A DNA stretch of 62,952 nt, filler included, from Octopus bimaculoides (GCF_001194135.2; 5 parts of 5 records of this genome joined end to end with filler, not necessarily neighbours in it), one strand, 5' to 3'; shown: positions 24,790 to 38,422, numbered from the whole stretch's first letter. Notes: generated by a model not told the origin, from the sequence alone. Made by a program: numbers and translations.

Positions 24790-26251
24790 GTAAGTGTGCG
24801 TATGTGCGTGTGTCATCTGTTTGTGTCATTGACACACGACTAACAGATTTATAGAAGTGCTTGGCAGAAATGTGGCGGGTTAGAGAGTAAGACGAGGTTT
24901 TGGCGATTGATTCAATTTATGTACATACCTACTAGCGCTTATATCAACGGTCCTGAAATGATCAAATCATAATAAACTCGAGTGGATTGTTGTTTGGTAT
25001 AGTACCTCACATACCACCATATTTATGTTTAAAATATTCTTAACTCTCACAAAACAATAAAAATCTTACTCCCCAAAATAGTGCACCACTTACAAATCTT
25101 ATGAACAAAATATTTCCATATTCAGATATAACTAACAATGCAAGACCTATTGCCCCATAATCTACATTCTAATCTACCCCGACAGTTATTTTCCATACCT
25201 CACTCGAGTTCAGGGTGACCAAACAGTAGATGTGATTTTTGTCTTGTAGATGTACCAGATATCCTGCGCTAAAAAAAAGTCATTCTAGGTATCCCCATCG
25301 ATTCAAGTTAACCCCTGATGATGTCTACCATAGTTAGCATACGTCTGTATTTCATATACTCACTGCTTTTTTTTTTTTTTTTTTGAGCCACTGCAGAATT
25401 TCAGTGAGTCTCCAAGCATGTCTCCACCCTTTGAACAGTGTTCATTCTATTAATCACACCATGTTTCGACCATGTTGATGCTGTTTTTTACTCATTTATA
25501 GATTCCGGATTTAAGTCATTAGATGATGGGTGCAGCGTTTGATATTTGCTTCTTTCAAACGATTAAAAACCGAATGGAACACATACAGTCCAGTTATCCA
25601 GCGCTCTGTTTGGAGTCATAGTAATGTCACTCAATATTGATTTCCCTGTTTCGCACAAAGCCAGATATTTGCACACAAGGGTAGGATGAAACTAGTTTAA
25701 TCGAGCCAATGCATGATTAGTAATTACGTATACATATATATATGTGTGTGTTTGTGTACGTGCACACACACATACACGCGCACACACACACACGCATATA
25801 TATATATATATATATATATATANNNNNNNNNNNNNNNNNNNNNNNNNNNNNNNNNNNNNNNNNNNNNNNNNNNNNNNNNNNNNNNNNNNNNNNNNNNNNN
25901 NNNNNNNNNNNNNNNNNNNNNNNNNNNNNNNNNNNNNNNNNNNNNNNNNNNNNNNNNNNNNNNNNNNNNNNNNNNNNNNNNNNNNNNNNNNNNNNNNNNN
26001 NNNNNNNNNNNNNNNNNNNNNNNNNNNNNNNNNNNNNNNNNNNNNNNNNNNNNNNNNNNNNNNNNNNNNNNNNNNNNNNNNNNNNNNNNNNNNNNNNNNN
26101 NNNNNNNNNNNNNNNNNNNNNNNNNNNNNNNNNNNNNNNNNNNNNNNNNNNNNNNNNNNNNNNNNNNNNNNNNNNNNNNNNNNNNNNNNNNNNNNNNNNN
26201 NNNNNNNNNNNNNNNNNNNNNNNNNNNNNNNNNNNNNNNNNNNNNNNNNNN

Positions 26252-26298
<47 letters not shown>

Positions 26299-26834
26299 TT
26301 GATGATGTTATCATTGTATATGAATATAGTAGGAAAAATGCTAAAATATATTAATCATAAGGTTTCTTCAATAGTTACGTTCATACCTGCAGCAGAATTG
26401 GCACTCCCACCAATGATAACAGATTTCAGCTTCCTTAATTGAATCTATTAATATATCAGAGAAATGAATAACGAATTGTAACGGGCAGACTGCGACATAT
26501 ACAACAAATGCATTCCAATTTCAATTAAACCTTTCTTTTCTATGCATCGTTCCTTGTATTGAAATCACTGTCAGTCGACATATGACGGTTGATTCTGGAA
26601 ACGTGTGCATGCTAAGTTTGTAAGTTTTGATCAGGTCTGGATAAGTAGTGGGTGTAGTGGAGCTAATTTTACAAAGATATATTGTCGTTCCTTCAGTTGG
26701 TATTTACTGGCTGTGTGAGAAGAACGTAATAAAATGTATATATATTCATACATGTGTGTGTCTTATATGTACATCAACGATTAACATGATTCACATACAT
26801 ACATACATACATACATACATACATACATACATAC

Positions 26835-26950
26835 AAAAATCCCCTGTTGTTGATGTTGAAATTCCAATGGAGAAGACTTGGATCTAGGTTAGAAACTGGC
26901 TGGCTCTTTCTCTGTTGACAAGAAATCTTGAAACAAAACCGAACAATGGC
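26835..26950 (+). repeat. ~115-bp interspersed repeat embedded in (CATA)n
   Basis: CCCTGTTGTT..AAATTCCAATG..TGGATCTAGGTTAG..CAAGAAATCTTGAAA; also at 41295-41405 (+) and a tail piece at 19555-19583 (-), each running into (CATA)n. Confidence 0.8.
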
Positions 26951-27318
26951 ATACATATACATATGTTTGTGTGTGTGTGTGTNNNNNNNNNNNNNNNNNN
27001 NNNNNNNNNNNNNNNNNNNNNNNNNNNNNNNNNNNNNNNNNNNNNNNNNNNNNNNNNNNNNNNNNNNNNNNNNNNNNNNNNNNNNNNNNNNNNNNNNNNN
27101 NNNNNNNNNNNNNNNNNNNNNNNNNNNNNNNNNNNNNNNNNNNNNNNNNNNNNNNNNNNNNNNNNNNNNNTATATATATATCAGTGGTGTTAATTATCAA
27201 TGTATATGTATATATAAAAATTGTATAAATATATGTACATATTATCTACATACACGTATGTATATGCGTGTGTAGGTGTGGGTGTGGTGTTAATTGTCGA
27301 TATATATATATAGATATA

Positions 27319-28083
27319 CAGGGTGCAGTGAATAAACTGTCGTCTCAATTACGCAAAAATGAAAATAACACTGACATCTCATTTCAACAGATATATAGTA
27401 TTTACCAAAATTACATAAAAACATCTTGAAATACTAAAGAGTAAATAAATTCAATAAAATCGACATTGGCTTCAACCACGGCCTCCAGACGACTTCGGAA
27501 TCTCTTACAAACTTTTCTATTTGTTTAAGTTGGTGAATGCTGCCATAATCCTTGGGTTCAGTTGATCTTTTGTGTTAAAAGGAATTTTGTTGGTCTCTCA
27601 ATAAACTGCGCTCCACACATAATAATCAAAGGTGTTACAGTCTTGGGTGTTAGTTGGCCAGATGTTAGGGGTGATATGGTAGCAGAAATTGTCTGACAGC
27701 CTTGATTGGGTTCTCCTACTTGTGTGACATGGTGCAGAGTCCTGTTGCCAGACATAGGGTCTTCTAGCGGCCACCATCCTAACCCAGGGCAGTACTACCT
27801 CCTCCAGTCACCTCATATAGGCCTCCATGTTGAGTCTGAGGCGGTGTGCGCAGATGAATAGAAGCAAAAACTATGATGTTGACTGGATGTTTGATTTTTA
27901 TCACTCTCGGTACATGTCCTCAGATTGCACTGTACTCAGATTGACACCCAAACACTCTGAAGTGTTTATATTGGAGCTTCCGGTGCGAATGCCAAGCAGT
28001 ACAGCATGTCGTTTCCAAGTTCTGGCTGAGCGAATTGCGTCATGGTACTGTCTTTCTCTCAGATGATGCCCAACTGACCCTAC
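27319..28083 (-). mobile_element. Tc1/mariner DD37D (maT-type) transposon, internally deleted relic
   Basis: TA-CAGGGTG terminus at 27317-27325. Minus frame PYVWQQD(27739-41)SAPCHTSRRTQSRLSDNFCYHITPNIWPTNTQDCNTFD(27625-27)YYVW has 37 residues between the aspartates. C-terminus CKRFRSRLEAVVEANVDFIE*; N-terminal HTH piece near 28040. Confidence 0.9.
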
Positions 28084-28206
28084 TGTAATGTGTAGTCAAC
28101 AAAATCAAAAACAAGCAATGCACATGCACGAAATTGAAAATATAAAATGGCGATAATTTACTAATCGCACTCTGTATATGTGTATATATATATCTATTTA
28201 TATATT

Positions 28207-28385
28207 TATTCTTTTATTCTTTTAGTTGTTTCAGTCATTTGACTGCTGCTATGCCGGAGCACCGCTTTAGTCGACCAAATCGGCCTAGTAGTTATTCTAT
28301 CGGGTTATTTTGCCGAACCGCTAAGTTACGGGGACGTGAACACACCAGCATCGGTTGTTAAGTTATGGTGGGGAGACAAACACAC
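28207..28385 (-). mobile_element. SINE family B 3' half
   Basis: Same body as 8520-8725. Confidence 0.8.
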
Positions 28386-28511
28386 ACACACACACACACA
28401 TACACAAACACACATATATATAAACGTATAGCTTATATTCATTTAAAAGAAGAAAAAGAAAATGGAGATTGGGAAGTTAATAATTGTTTATTATTAACAG
28501 AAAATTAATCA

Positions 28512-28592
28512 TCTTCAATTACAGCTGTTTCAATTATTACTCAGTAAATAATTTATATTTATGTGACCCGAGCATAATATCCTCAGAGGAAA
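28512..28592 (-). ncRNA. Degenerate hammerhead-like motif with long stem II
   Basis: Minus strand: CTGAGGA + 48 nt foldable (ATTAT-GCTCGG/CTGAGT-ATAAT) + GAAA CAGCTG TA; stem I poorly paired. Confidence 0.4.
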
Positions 28593-28760
28593 AAGGTTTG
28601 CCGTTGAATGTTGTATATGCGTTTATGGATTCATTATAGCAAAATCATATATATGTGGGCTCTTTCATTTTCTTTTCCTTCCATGAGGATAAAAAGAAAC
28701 TTTCCAACTTATAAACTAGAAATAAAATAATTGGAAATGATTTTCTCTCCTAAAGTACAG

Positions 28761-28812
<52 letters not shown>

Positions 28813-29469
28813 ACTGCCATGAAACAACGTCCAGAAAGCAACAAGCCATATGCCATAGATCTACCCGAACAGGGCAGACATGGGATGTAAGCTACAACAA
28901 CAACAATAATAACAAAAGTAGCAGAAACAACACAAACAACAACGAGTAAATTACTCTGGAGTATTTATTCTAGCTTTCTATGTCCTTTTCTGATACTTTT
29001 TTTTTGTTTTTTTGTTTTATGGCGACACTCATGGGAAACATTGAACGTTAAGAGTTGGTGTTAATATAGTTGTTACAGATTTAGAAGAAAAGGATTAGTA
29101 AATTAATTACTCAATGGTTCTACGGTGTCACATTCAAAAATTTCAATTAAATTTTTTTATATAAACATAATTAGAAGAGATTAGCTGTTTTGAAATAGTC
29201 TTTAAAAAATGTTAATTTGAGGAAAATAATGATTACTAAGCACATTTTTGTAAAACCCTTATTAATAAACAATCTATGCGGTTATTCCCTAATTCGTTTA
29301 TTGGTTCCAGTCATTGCATCACAGTCATGTTGGAGTATCACTCGCAAGTGTTCGGTCGATCATATCGACCCCGATACATATTTCTGTCTGCTATTTAGTT
29401 TTATTGAACTCTGTTTATCGAATGTCTGGGTTATGGAAATAAAAGACCTGGTTCTCCGAAGGACGCTAT

Positions 29470-29770
29470 GAGGATTGTTGCCGTCCATCCGATCAATCGA
29501 ACAGCTTGTTCGTGAAATTATCGTGCAAGTGACTTCACAAGCACGTGTTCCCTTAATTTAGTTCTCGGGGAAATTCAGCGTGACACAGAATGCGACTAAG
29601 CTGGCCCTTTGAATAACGGGTACAATTCATTTTTTTTTCCAGTTGAGGGGACTGAGGCAACGAAAAATAAAGTGTCTCACTTAAGAACACAACGTGCATC
29701 CAGGAATCGAACGCACAGCGTTACGATCGTGAGCCGAGTACCCCCAGGCCACCAAACTATGCGCCTTCAC
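29470..29770 (-). mobile_element. SINE family C
   Basis: Reverse complement of the tRNA-like head (GGAATCGAAC..CGATCGTGAGCCGAGTACCC) and the AAAGTGTCTCACTTAAGAACACAACG segment. Confidence 0.65.
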
Positions 29771-29819
29771 ATGGACCTGAAAGAGACATAAGCAAAATCA
29801 ATGACAACTCACCTACATC

Positions 29820-29855
<36 letters not shown>

Positions 29856-30004
29856 NNNNNNNNNNNNNNNNNNNNNNNNNNNNNNNNNNNNNNNNNNNNN
29901 NNNNNNNNNNNNNNNNNNNNNNNNNNNNNNNNNNNNNNNNNNNNNNNNNNNNNNNNNNNNNNNNNNNNNNNNNNNNNNNNNNNNNNNNNNNNNNNNNNAC
30001 ATTA

Positions 30005-30240
30005 AGGCGGCGAGCTGGCAGAAACGTTAGCACACCGGGCGAAATGCTTAGCCGTATTTCGTCTGCCGCTACGTTCTGAGTTCAAATTCCGCCGAGGTCG
30101 ACTTTGCCTTTTTATCCTTTCGGGGTCGATTAAATAAGTACCAGTTACGCACTGGGGTCGATATAATCGACTTAATCCGTGTTTGTCTGTCCTTGTTTGT
30201 CCCCTCTGTGTGTAGCCCCTTGTGGGTAGTAAAGAAATAA
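30005..30240 (+). mobile_element. SINE family A, full length
   Basis: Head, core and GTTTGTCCCCTCT tail. Confidence 0.9.
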
Positions 30241-30657
30241 CACACATATAGGCGCAGAAACACATATACATACATACATACACACAAACTCACTACATAC
30301 GTACATATATATGTATGCATGTGATTAGATAGATAGATAGATAGATAGATGAGCGTATATATGAACAGATATTTGTATGTATACACACACACACCCGCGC
30401 ACACTACACCATACATACGTGTGTGTGTGTTATTCGCAAACAACTTGCAGATACGAGTGCTACAAAAAGTTTATGGGGTCATCAGGAGAAATCGCGCGCC
30501 GTTTCGCAACCTTTCTCTTGACGGTATTATTGTGCACCGGCCCTAGTTACTGCGATGAAGCCCCGCTTGCTGGATCAACTGTTTATTGAACTTCAATCAT
30601 TATTCTTCTAGCTGTTGCTCATGTGTGTTTCTGTGTGTTTCTGTGTGTACATGTATA

Positions 30658-30767
30658 ACCACATAGCTCCGAGATCAGTCCCAGTGCGTGGCACCTTGGG
30701 CAGGTGTCTTCTACCGACCAAAGCTTTGTGAGTGGATTTGGTAGACGGATACTGAAGGAAGCCCGTC

Positions 30768-30770
<3 letters not shown>
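30658..30770 (+). mobile_element. SINE family B 5' half
   Basis: GCGTGGCACCTTGGGCAGGTGTCTTCTAC (CORE-like)..GTGAGTGGATTTGGTAGACGG..GAAGCCCGTCG+(TA)n. Confidence 0.8.
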
Positions 30771-30816
<46 letters not shown>

Positions 30817-31203
30817 CATACATAAATAAAAATATTATTATTAATAAATAATGATAAGTGGCTATCACGCATAAAAACTAAAATGGTATATTTATGAATT
30901 TGTAATTATGAGTACAGGATAGTACCAGCGTTGCTAGAAAAAAGAGTCGAAAAATACTCAAATAAGCCACAATATCACCGAAACTTTAACACGCTGACGA
31001 AATTGACGTGCGAGTAAAAAGCCAACAGGAGAAAGGCACAAATGAATTTGGAAATACACCCATATCACGTGATTCCGGACTCTTAGTACTCTTCAGTAGC
31101 TCTTATATTTCACGTATATTTTCTGTGGGACTTCTGATAAGTACTCTGCTTAACCTTCCCACTGAGTTTTCCAACACATCCATCTGGTGACAGTTTTAAT
31201 TCA

Positions 31204-31417
31204 AGGCGGCGAGCTGGCAGAAACGTTAGCACGCCGGGCGAAATGCTTAGCGGTACTTCGTCTGTCTTTACATTCTGAGTTCAAATTCCGTCGAGGTTGA
31301 CTTTACTTTTCATCCTTTCGGGGTCGATAAATTAGGTACCAGTTGCGTGCTAGTGTCGATCTAATCGACTGGCCTTCTCCCCAAAAATTTCGGTCCCTGT
31401 GCCTAGAGTAGAAAAGG
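31204..31417 (+). mobile_element. SINE family A, full length
   Basis: Head, core and GTGCCTAGAGTAGAAAAG tail. Confidence 0.9.
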
Positions 31418-32164
31418 ACATATTATTTATTTCGATCAGGCTGTACAAGTTGCCAATACGAAAGATCGATACAGGCTATAGAAATAAAATAAACAAACAG
31501 TTGACTAAACATACNNNNNNNNNNNNNNNNNNNNNNNNNNNNNNNNNNNNNNNNNNNNNNNNNNNNNNNNNNNNNNNNNNNNNNNNNNNNNNNNNNNNNN
31601 NNNNNNNNNNNNNNNNNNNNNNNNNNNNNNNNNNNNNNNNNNNNNNNNNNNNNNNNNNNNNNNNNNNNNNNNNNNNNNNNNNNNNNNNNNNNNNNNNNNN
31701 NNNNNNNNNNNNNNNNNNNNNNNNNNNNNNNNNNNNNNNNNNNNNNNNNNNNNNNNNNNNNNNNNNNNNNNNNNNNNNNNNNNNNNNNNNNNNNNNNNNN
31801 NNNNNNNNNNNNNNNNNNNNNNNNNNNNNNNNNNNNNNNNNNNNNNNNNNNNNNNNNNNNNNNNNNNNNNNNNNNNNNNNNNNNNNNNNNNNNNNNNNNN
31901 NNNNNNNNNNNNNNNNNNNNNNNNNNNNNNNNNNNNNNNNNNNNNNNNNNNNNNNNNNNNNNNNNNNNNNNNNNNNNNNNNNNNNNNNNNNNNNNNNNNN
32001 NNNNNNNNNNNNNNNNNNNNNNNNNNNNNNNNNNNNNNNNNNNNNNNNNNNNNNNNNNNNNNNNNNNNNNNNNNNNNNNNNNNNNNNNNNNNNNNNNNNN
32101 NNNNNNNNNNNNNNNNNNNNNNNNNNNNNNNNNNNNNNNNNNNNNNNNNNNNNNNNNNNNNNNN

Positions 32165-32197
<33 letters not shown>

Positions 32198-32285
32198 GAA
32201 ACAATTTAACCTTAAATAGAAGAGCTATTCAATACTTTTTAGTGGAGTATATGGTTAGTAAACTTTTACAAGGAGAAAGAGGATC

Positions 32286-32327
32286 GTGACTTCGAAGTTT
32301 CAGCCTCGTACTGCCTCTTAGAGACAT
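32286..32327 (-). ncRNA. Degenerate hammerhead-like motif
   Basis: Minus strand: CT-AAGA GGC..GCT GAAA CTTCGAAG TC; palindromic stem III and GUC site, but G5 missing and stem I weak. Confidence 0.3.
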
Positions 32328-32576
32328 AGCGGCGACAGCTACCTACAACCTGTCCGCTCACGTGGAACTAAGAACAAAGAAATTAATTGATGCCATTTCC
32401 AGACGAATAATAAATACCATGTGATCTCATATGACCAATAACGTCTAGTACCCATCTTAACTTTGTTTCATATCCTGTTACTCTATCTCCAGGTGCCTGA
32501 CTAATTAAGTTTGTTCTACGAGCCCACGAAGGTTTTAGTTGCATAGAACTAAGTAAAATAATATATATATATATGC

Positions 32577-32694
<118 letters not shown>

Positions 32695-34519
32695 NNNNNN
32701 NNNNNNNNNNNNNNNNNNNNNNNNNNNNNNNNNNNNNNNNNNNNNNNNNNNNNNNNNNNNNNNNNNNNNNNNNNNNNNNNNNNNNNNNNNNNNNNNNNNN
32801 NNNNNNNNNNNNNNNNNNNNNNNNNNNNNNNNNNNNNNNNNNNNNNNNNNNNNNNNNNNNNNNNNNNNNNNNNNNNNNNNNNNNNNNNNNNNNNNNNNNN
32901 NNNNNNNNNNNNNNNNNNNNNNNNNNNNNNNNNNNNNNNNNNNNNNNNNNNNNNNNNNNNNNNNNNNNNNNNNNNNNNNNNNNNNNNNNNNNNNNNNNNN
33001 NNNNNNNNNNNNNNNNNNNNNNNNNNNNNNNNNNNNNNNNNNNNNNNNNNNNNNNNNNNNNNNNNNNNNNNNNNNNNNNNNNNNNNNNNNNNNNNNNNNN
33101 NNNNNNNNNNNNNNNNNNNNNNNNNNNNNNNNNNNNNNNNNNNNNNNNNNNNNNNNNNNNNNNNNNNNNNNNNNNNNNNNNNNNNNNNNNNNNNNNNNNN
33201 NNNNNNNNNNNNNNNNNNNNNNNNNNNNNNNNNNNNNNNNNNNNNNNNNNNNNNNNNNNNNNNNNNNNNNNNNNNNNNNNNNNNNNNNNNNNNNNNNNNN
33301 NNNNNNNNNNNNNNNNNNNNNNNNNNNNNNNNNNNNNNNNNNNNNNNNNNNNNNNNNNNNNNNNNNNNNNNNNNNNNNNNNNNNNNNNNNNNNNNNNNNN
33401 NNNNNNNNNNNNNNNNNNNNNNNNNNNNNNNNNNNNNNNNNNNNNNNNNNNNNNNNNNNNNNNNNNNNNNNNNNNNNNNNNNNNNNNNNNNNNNNNNNNN
33501 NNNNNNNNNNNNNNNNNNNNNNNNNNNNNNNNNNNNNNNNNNNNNNNNNNNNNNNNNNNNNNNNNNNNNNNNNNNNNNNNNNNNNNNNNNNNNNNNNNNN
33601 NNNNNNNNNNNNNNNNNNNNNNNNNNNNNNNNNNNNNNNNNNNNNNNNNNNNNNNNNNNNNNNNNNNNNTATATATATATATAAAGCGCAAATCTCGAGT
33701 ACCTACTAAATGTCCAGCCTATATAAATAAATAAAAAAAATTTATATGTGTGTATACACACACACGCACACAAACGCACACACATACACACATACACACA
33801 CACACACACACTCACACACACCAATCACACAGACATGCGCGCGCCCGCAGACAAACACATACATACACACACCAATCAGACACACAGACACACTGATTGA
33901 AGTGTGATCAATTCTGTTGAGCAGCTCAGATTTCAGGCATTAGTAACTTTGTTGAAAACAATGACAGAGAAAGCAGTACAAACAGTGACCACTCTCCTTC
34001 ATCATTCCATATGGTTTATGAATGCGAACATTTTTTTCCATTTACTCGACAGTTAAAACTACCGCAATACATCATTACTTTATTCTATAAATATCTACAT
34101 ACTTAGTAAATATCTACATAAATCTAAATATCTACATACTCAGTAAAATTACCTACTATATGACCTTCAACAGTCCCGAGGAAGCCTCTAGTTGCCCAAC
34201 CTACTAGAACTAGCGTCTAAATTTCCCTTAAATCGTGACGAGCCTTAATAAGTTTTGAAAAGGGATGGACTACTTAGAGCAAGTCTTTCTGAGTGCGTTC
34301 TCACTGGAAATCAAACAAAATGTTACTGACGTACTTTGCATGTAAAGTTTTTTTTTAAATACCGTTCTAAAGTTTAACATTTGGAAAACATGATATAGAT
34401 AACCATTGCTTATTTTATTTAATTAATCGTATTTGTGTGTAACAAGATTATGAATAAGCATTGGGAGCATTAACAACCAGGTTTGAGGAATTTGTGGGAG
34501 AAATTGGGATCGAAATGAA

Positions 34520-34913
34520 GCTACAATTTTGGCACAGGGCCAGCTGATTTTTTTTTTTTTTTAGAGAAAGAGGAAGTCAATAACATCGATACCAGTACGC
34601 AACTGTACTTAATTTATTGACCCCGAAAGGATGAAAAGCAAAGTCGACCTCGGCGGAATTTGAACTCAAAACGTAAAGACAAACGAAATACCGCTAAGCA
34701 TTTTGTCCAGCATGCTCTAGACACAAGGCCCGAAATTTTGGAGGGAGGGGACCAGTCGATTGGATCGATCCCAGTACGCAACTGGTACTTAATTTATCGA
34801 CCCCGGAAGGATGAAAGGCAAAGTCAACCTCGGCGGAATTTGAATTCGGAAAGTAAAGACGGGCAAAATGTCGCTAAGCCTTTCGCTTGGCGCGCTGACG
34901 ATTCTGCCAGCTA
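34520..34913 (-). mobile_element. Two tandem SINE A copies
   Basis: Family core present twice on the minus strand. Confidence 0.85.
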
Positions 34914-35119
34914 GAATAATAATAAAAATTATTATTATTTCATTTATTTAACATCAGGGCCTAAACAGCAAAGCAAATTTATGCATACAATTAATCAGAC
35001 TATTCATAAATACAAAACAGTTACAAAGACACGTGTGGAGATGTGCAACAAAGTTATACAAAACAAAGGGAGGCTTAGAATGTTACACAATATATTAAGG
35101 AATGCGAAGAATGGTTAAA

Positions 35120-35680
35120 TTACACAAAATAGTGAAATGATAATGATGTTATAACGCATAGTTTAACGAATTATGTATTTTAAGAATTATGAAATCAAAC
35201 CCACACAAGGGTGAAAAGACGCTATATAGGTTAGATCAGGGCTCCTCGTCATAATTCTAATCCTCTTACACTCGCATGTACGTATAATGGTTACTGGAAA
35301 TGGATCGTCTTGAATGTATTCTGGAGCAGTTGAAGTGTTGGTGGGAATGGCTTGATCGCATAACTTGCTGAATGTTGAAGTAGAGCAGCTAAAAGGTTGA
35401 AGTTAAGCGATCCTCAAGTTGTATATCAGAGTGTCCTTCTCCTAGAGAGATGTAACAGGAACAGTTTTGCAGTGCGCTTATTCAATATGATGAGTGTTTC
35501 TGTGTTCCTGCGCAATTGCTAAATAGTCGTTGACCCCACGTTGCGCTCATACGTTCTTTTGACAGACGTTGTTACTTTTTGTTCTGCTGGATTTCTAACA
35601 ACCTTCCTCATCAAGCAAGCCTGGTGTCGAGTGGAGATGGGCGGTTTGTAGCTACATTTAAGCAGTAGCACACGCGAGCG
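35120..35680 (-). mobile_element. Possible highly decayed L1/Tx1-like C-terminal fragment
   Basis: Stop-ridden frame with NKRTAKLF..LSRRR and RGL..GAL..HPCVG; resemblance only. Confidence 0.25.
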
Positions 35681-36239
35681 ACTTTGCTTAGTATATATAT
35701 GTGAGCGTCCATATATATATGTATACATATACATATGCATACACACACGTACACAGTTACATAAATATATTTATTTATGCATAGGTATATATAAACATCT
35801 ATATATACATTCGTATATACTTAGATGTGCATGAATGTTTGTATGTATGTATGTATGTATGTATGTATGTATGTATGTATGTATGTATGTATGCATATGA
35901 GTATATGTATGTATGTATGTATGTATATATGTATGTATGTATGTATGTATTTATGTATGGATGTATGTTTGTATGTATGTGTATGACGACTCCGTTAGAA
36001 ACGGAAGTAGTTAATACATCAATTGGTGTATATATTAATTTATTTCATGTTGACTATTACAAGAGTAGTACAGTTACGTAAGTGGAAAATTCATCAGACT
36101 CTCCAACAAGGCAACAGAACTAATCCTGGAAGAGTCACTTAACATTAAATAAATTTTAAAACATTCACACAGACATACGTATATATAAACCCAAAGACAC
36201 ACAGGTAGACAGACATATAAATAGCTTGGTAGATAGATG

Positions 36240-36312
<73 letters not shown>

Positions 36313-36443
36313 CTTTCTTTATTGGCCACACAGGGCTGAACACAGAGGGGACAAATACAACTGTAGAGCTTTTCTTTTCAAAAATGAAAAATAGAGGAAA
36401 AAAAAAAAAAAGTAAAATTCCGATCAAAAGAGATCGGAGAAAA

Positions 36444-36515
<72 letters not shown>

Positions 36516-37199
36516 GTAATAAATGCAACATTATATAATTGCTTGTTGATGAAACCTCAAAAGAATCGTAAAATATTGAATATTCAGAAGTGATTTTCTA
36601 ACACTAAATACACACTCTGTCATAAATGTATAAACAAGTGTCTACGTAAGAAGTTCCTTTTCACGATGCAGTCTTTACATTCTCACTTGATATTGGCATT
36701 CATTAGCATAATATTTTACATTTTTGTTGCTCCATCACATGGCTGGAATTTGCCTGTAACAATAAGGGATTCTGTGTACCAGAATTACAGTCTTATATAA
36801 ACGTAAGTGGGAGGCAGATGGCGCCAGTGTCTAGTAGCCTAGTTCGTATGAAGACAATAAACAAAAGGTTAAATCGCTGGCACGAATCCCCAAAATGAGG
36901 AAATGCAGTAAAAACCAGATGTCACTGAAAATATAAAATGATATTTGATCAACTTTCGTTCAACGTTAAAAGTTATTAAAACATGTTTCATATTCTCACT
37001 TCACAGAAATGCAATGACACACACGAGAAATAGAGTGAATTGTCGGGGCGGGCTAGAATGGTTTAGATAACTTTGTGGAAAAGCTGCATCTTCACAAGAT
37101 GACTGAAAGTCAAATTTATTGGATAATTTGTTTAATATAAGAGAATATTGATTTTGTTTGCAATGACATAAGATAACACTTTTTCAAGGCAGAGATAGA

Positions 37200-37625
37200 T
37201 ACGTTCGATTAGCATATACTACACAAGCCTAACATTTAATTTATCGACCTTTGAAGAGTGAAAAATAGAGTCGACCTTGGTGGTATTTAATCGCAGGCTC
37301 TAAAGGGACGTAACCAAATACCGTAAGACTTTTAGTCTGCCAAACCATTGTCCTCATATGGAGGAAAATATTAAACAAATATTTCTGCTTAATATTTTAT
37401 GCGTCAGCAAGGCGGCGATCTGGCTGAATTGTTACCGCTACGGGCAAAATGCTTAGCGGCATTTCGTCCGTCTTTACATTTTTCGAGTTAAAATTCTGCC
37501 GAGGATGACTACTTTTCATCCTTTCGGGATCGATAAAATAAGTATCAGTTGAGGATTGGGAGTTCATGGAATTGACTTAACCTTTTCCCCGAAATTGCTG
37601 GCCTTATACCAAATTTTGAAACCAA
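37200..37625. mobile_element. Two diverged SINE A copies head-to-head
   Basis: Core on - at ~37200-37335 and on + at ~37408-37625. Confidence 0.7.
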
Positions 37626-38376
37626 TATTTTTAAATGTTAGTGCAGATGTTAGAGTGTGAGAAGCTGAATTGAACTTGACAAAAACATTATGGTACTCAT
37701 TTACGCCTCTTTACATTCTGGGTTTAAATCACAATAAGATGAACTTCATTTCTCCAAAGCTGATAAAATAAGCTGCAAATATATTCTGAAAACGTACTCT
37801 TCCAAATAGATTTGTGACATTGTAGCAACTGCAAGTTAGTGGCGAGAACTTTAACCTCTCGTAATTTCGAAAGTTGTTTTATTTCACTTACGTTGTTAAC
37901 GCCCACCAGGAAGCTGCGAACGTCATCAAGGCATCAAATTCTAAGGTCACCTAAAATAAACTATTATATTGACAGTGACCGAGATCGAGTGTAGCATACG
38001 ATACTTCATTCTATAACTTATGTGACCCGTCTTTCACGATAGTAGACCACTTAAATTTTTGCGTATGACGAATCGAAATTGCGCACCTCCTCATGGTTAC
38101 GTCTGATCAAAACTAGAGATCCATTTCTTTCAAATTCGAAACTGATCCATCTATTTCAAACAGATGAAGGTGGGATATATAACTGGAGAGATGTGTATAT
38201 TTAGTTCCTATATGTACATACTTCTGTCAGAAAAATAAATCTGTATCCAATGAAAGTATATAGAAAGTACATGTGTCCATCGTAATGTATTACCTTCACT
38301 TAATTTTCACGATGTCATGCCATTTAAGTTATCAGTATTATGTAGACATACATTTCTTATATTATATTGCACACGC

Positions 38377-38422
<46 letters not shown>

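Noticed and set aside
25313-25350. CTGATGA followed by a weak stem and GTC
   Set aside because: No GAAA and no stem I.
30470-30525. Minus-strand CTGATGA near a GAAAC; also two open + frames after a CAG
   Set aside because: Core elements are in the wrong order for a hammerhead; as an exon the frame is ambiguous and the donor weak.
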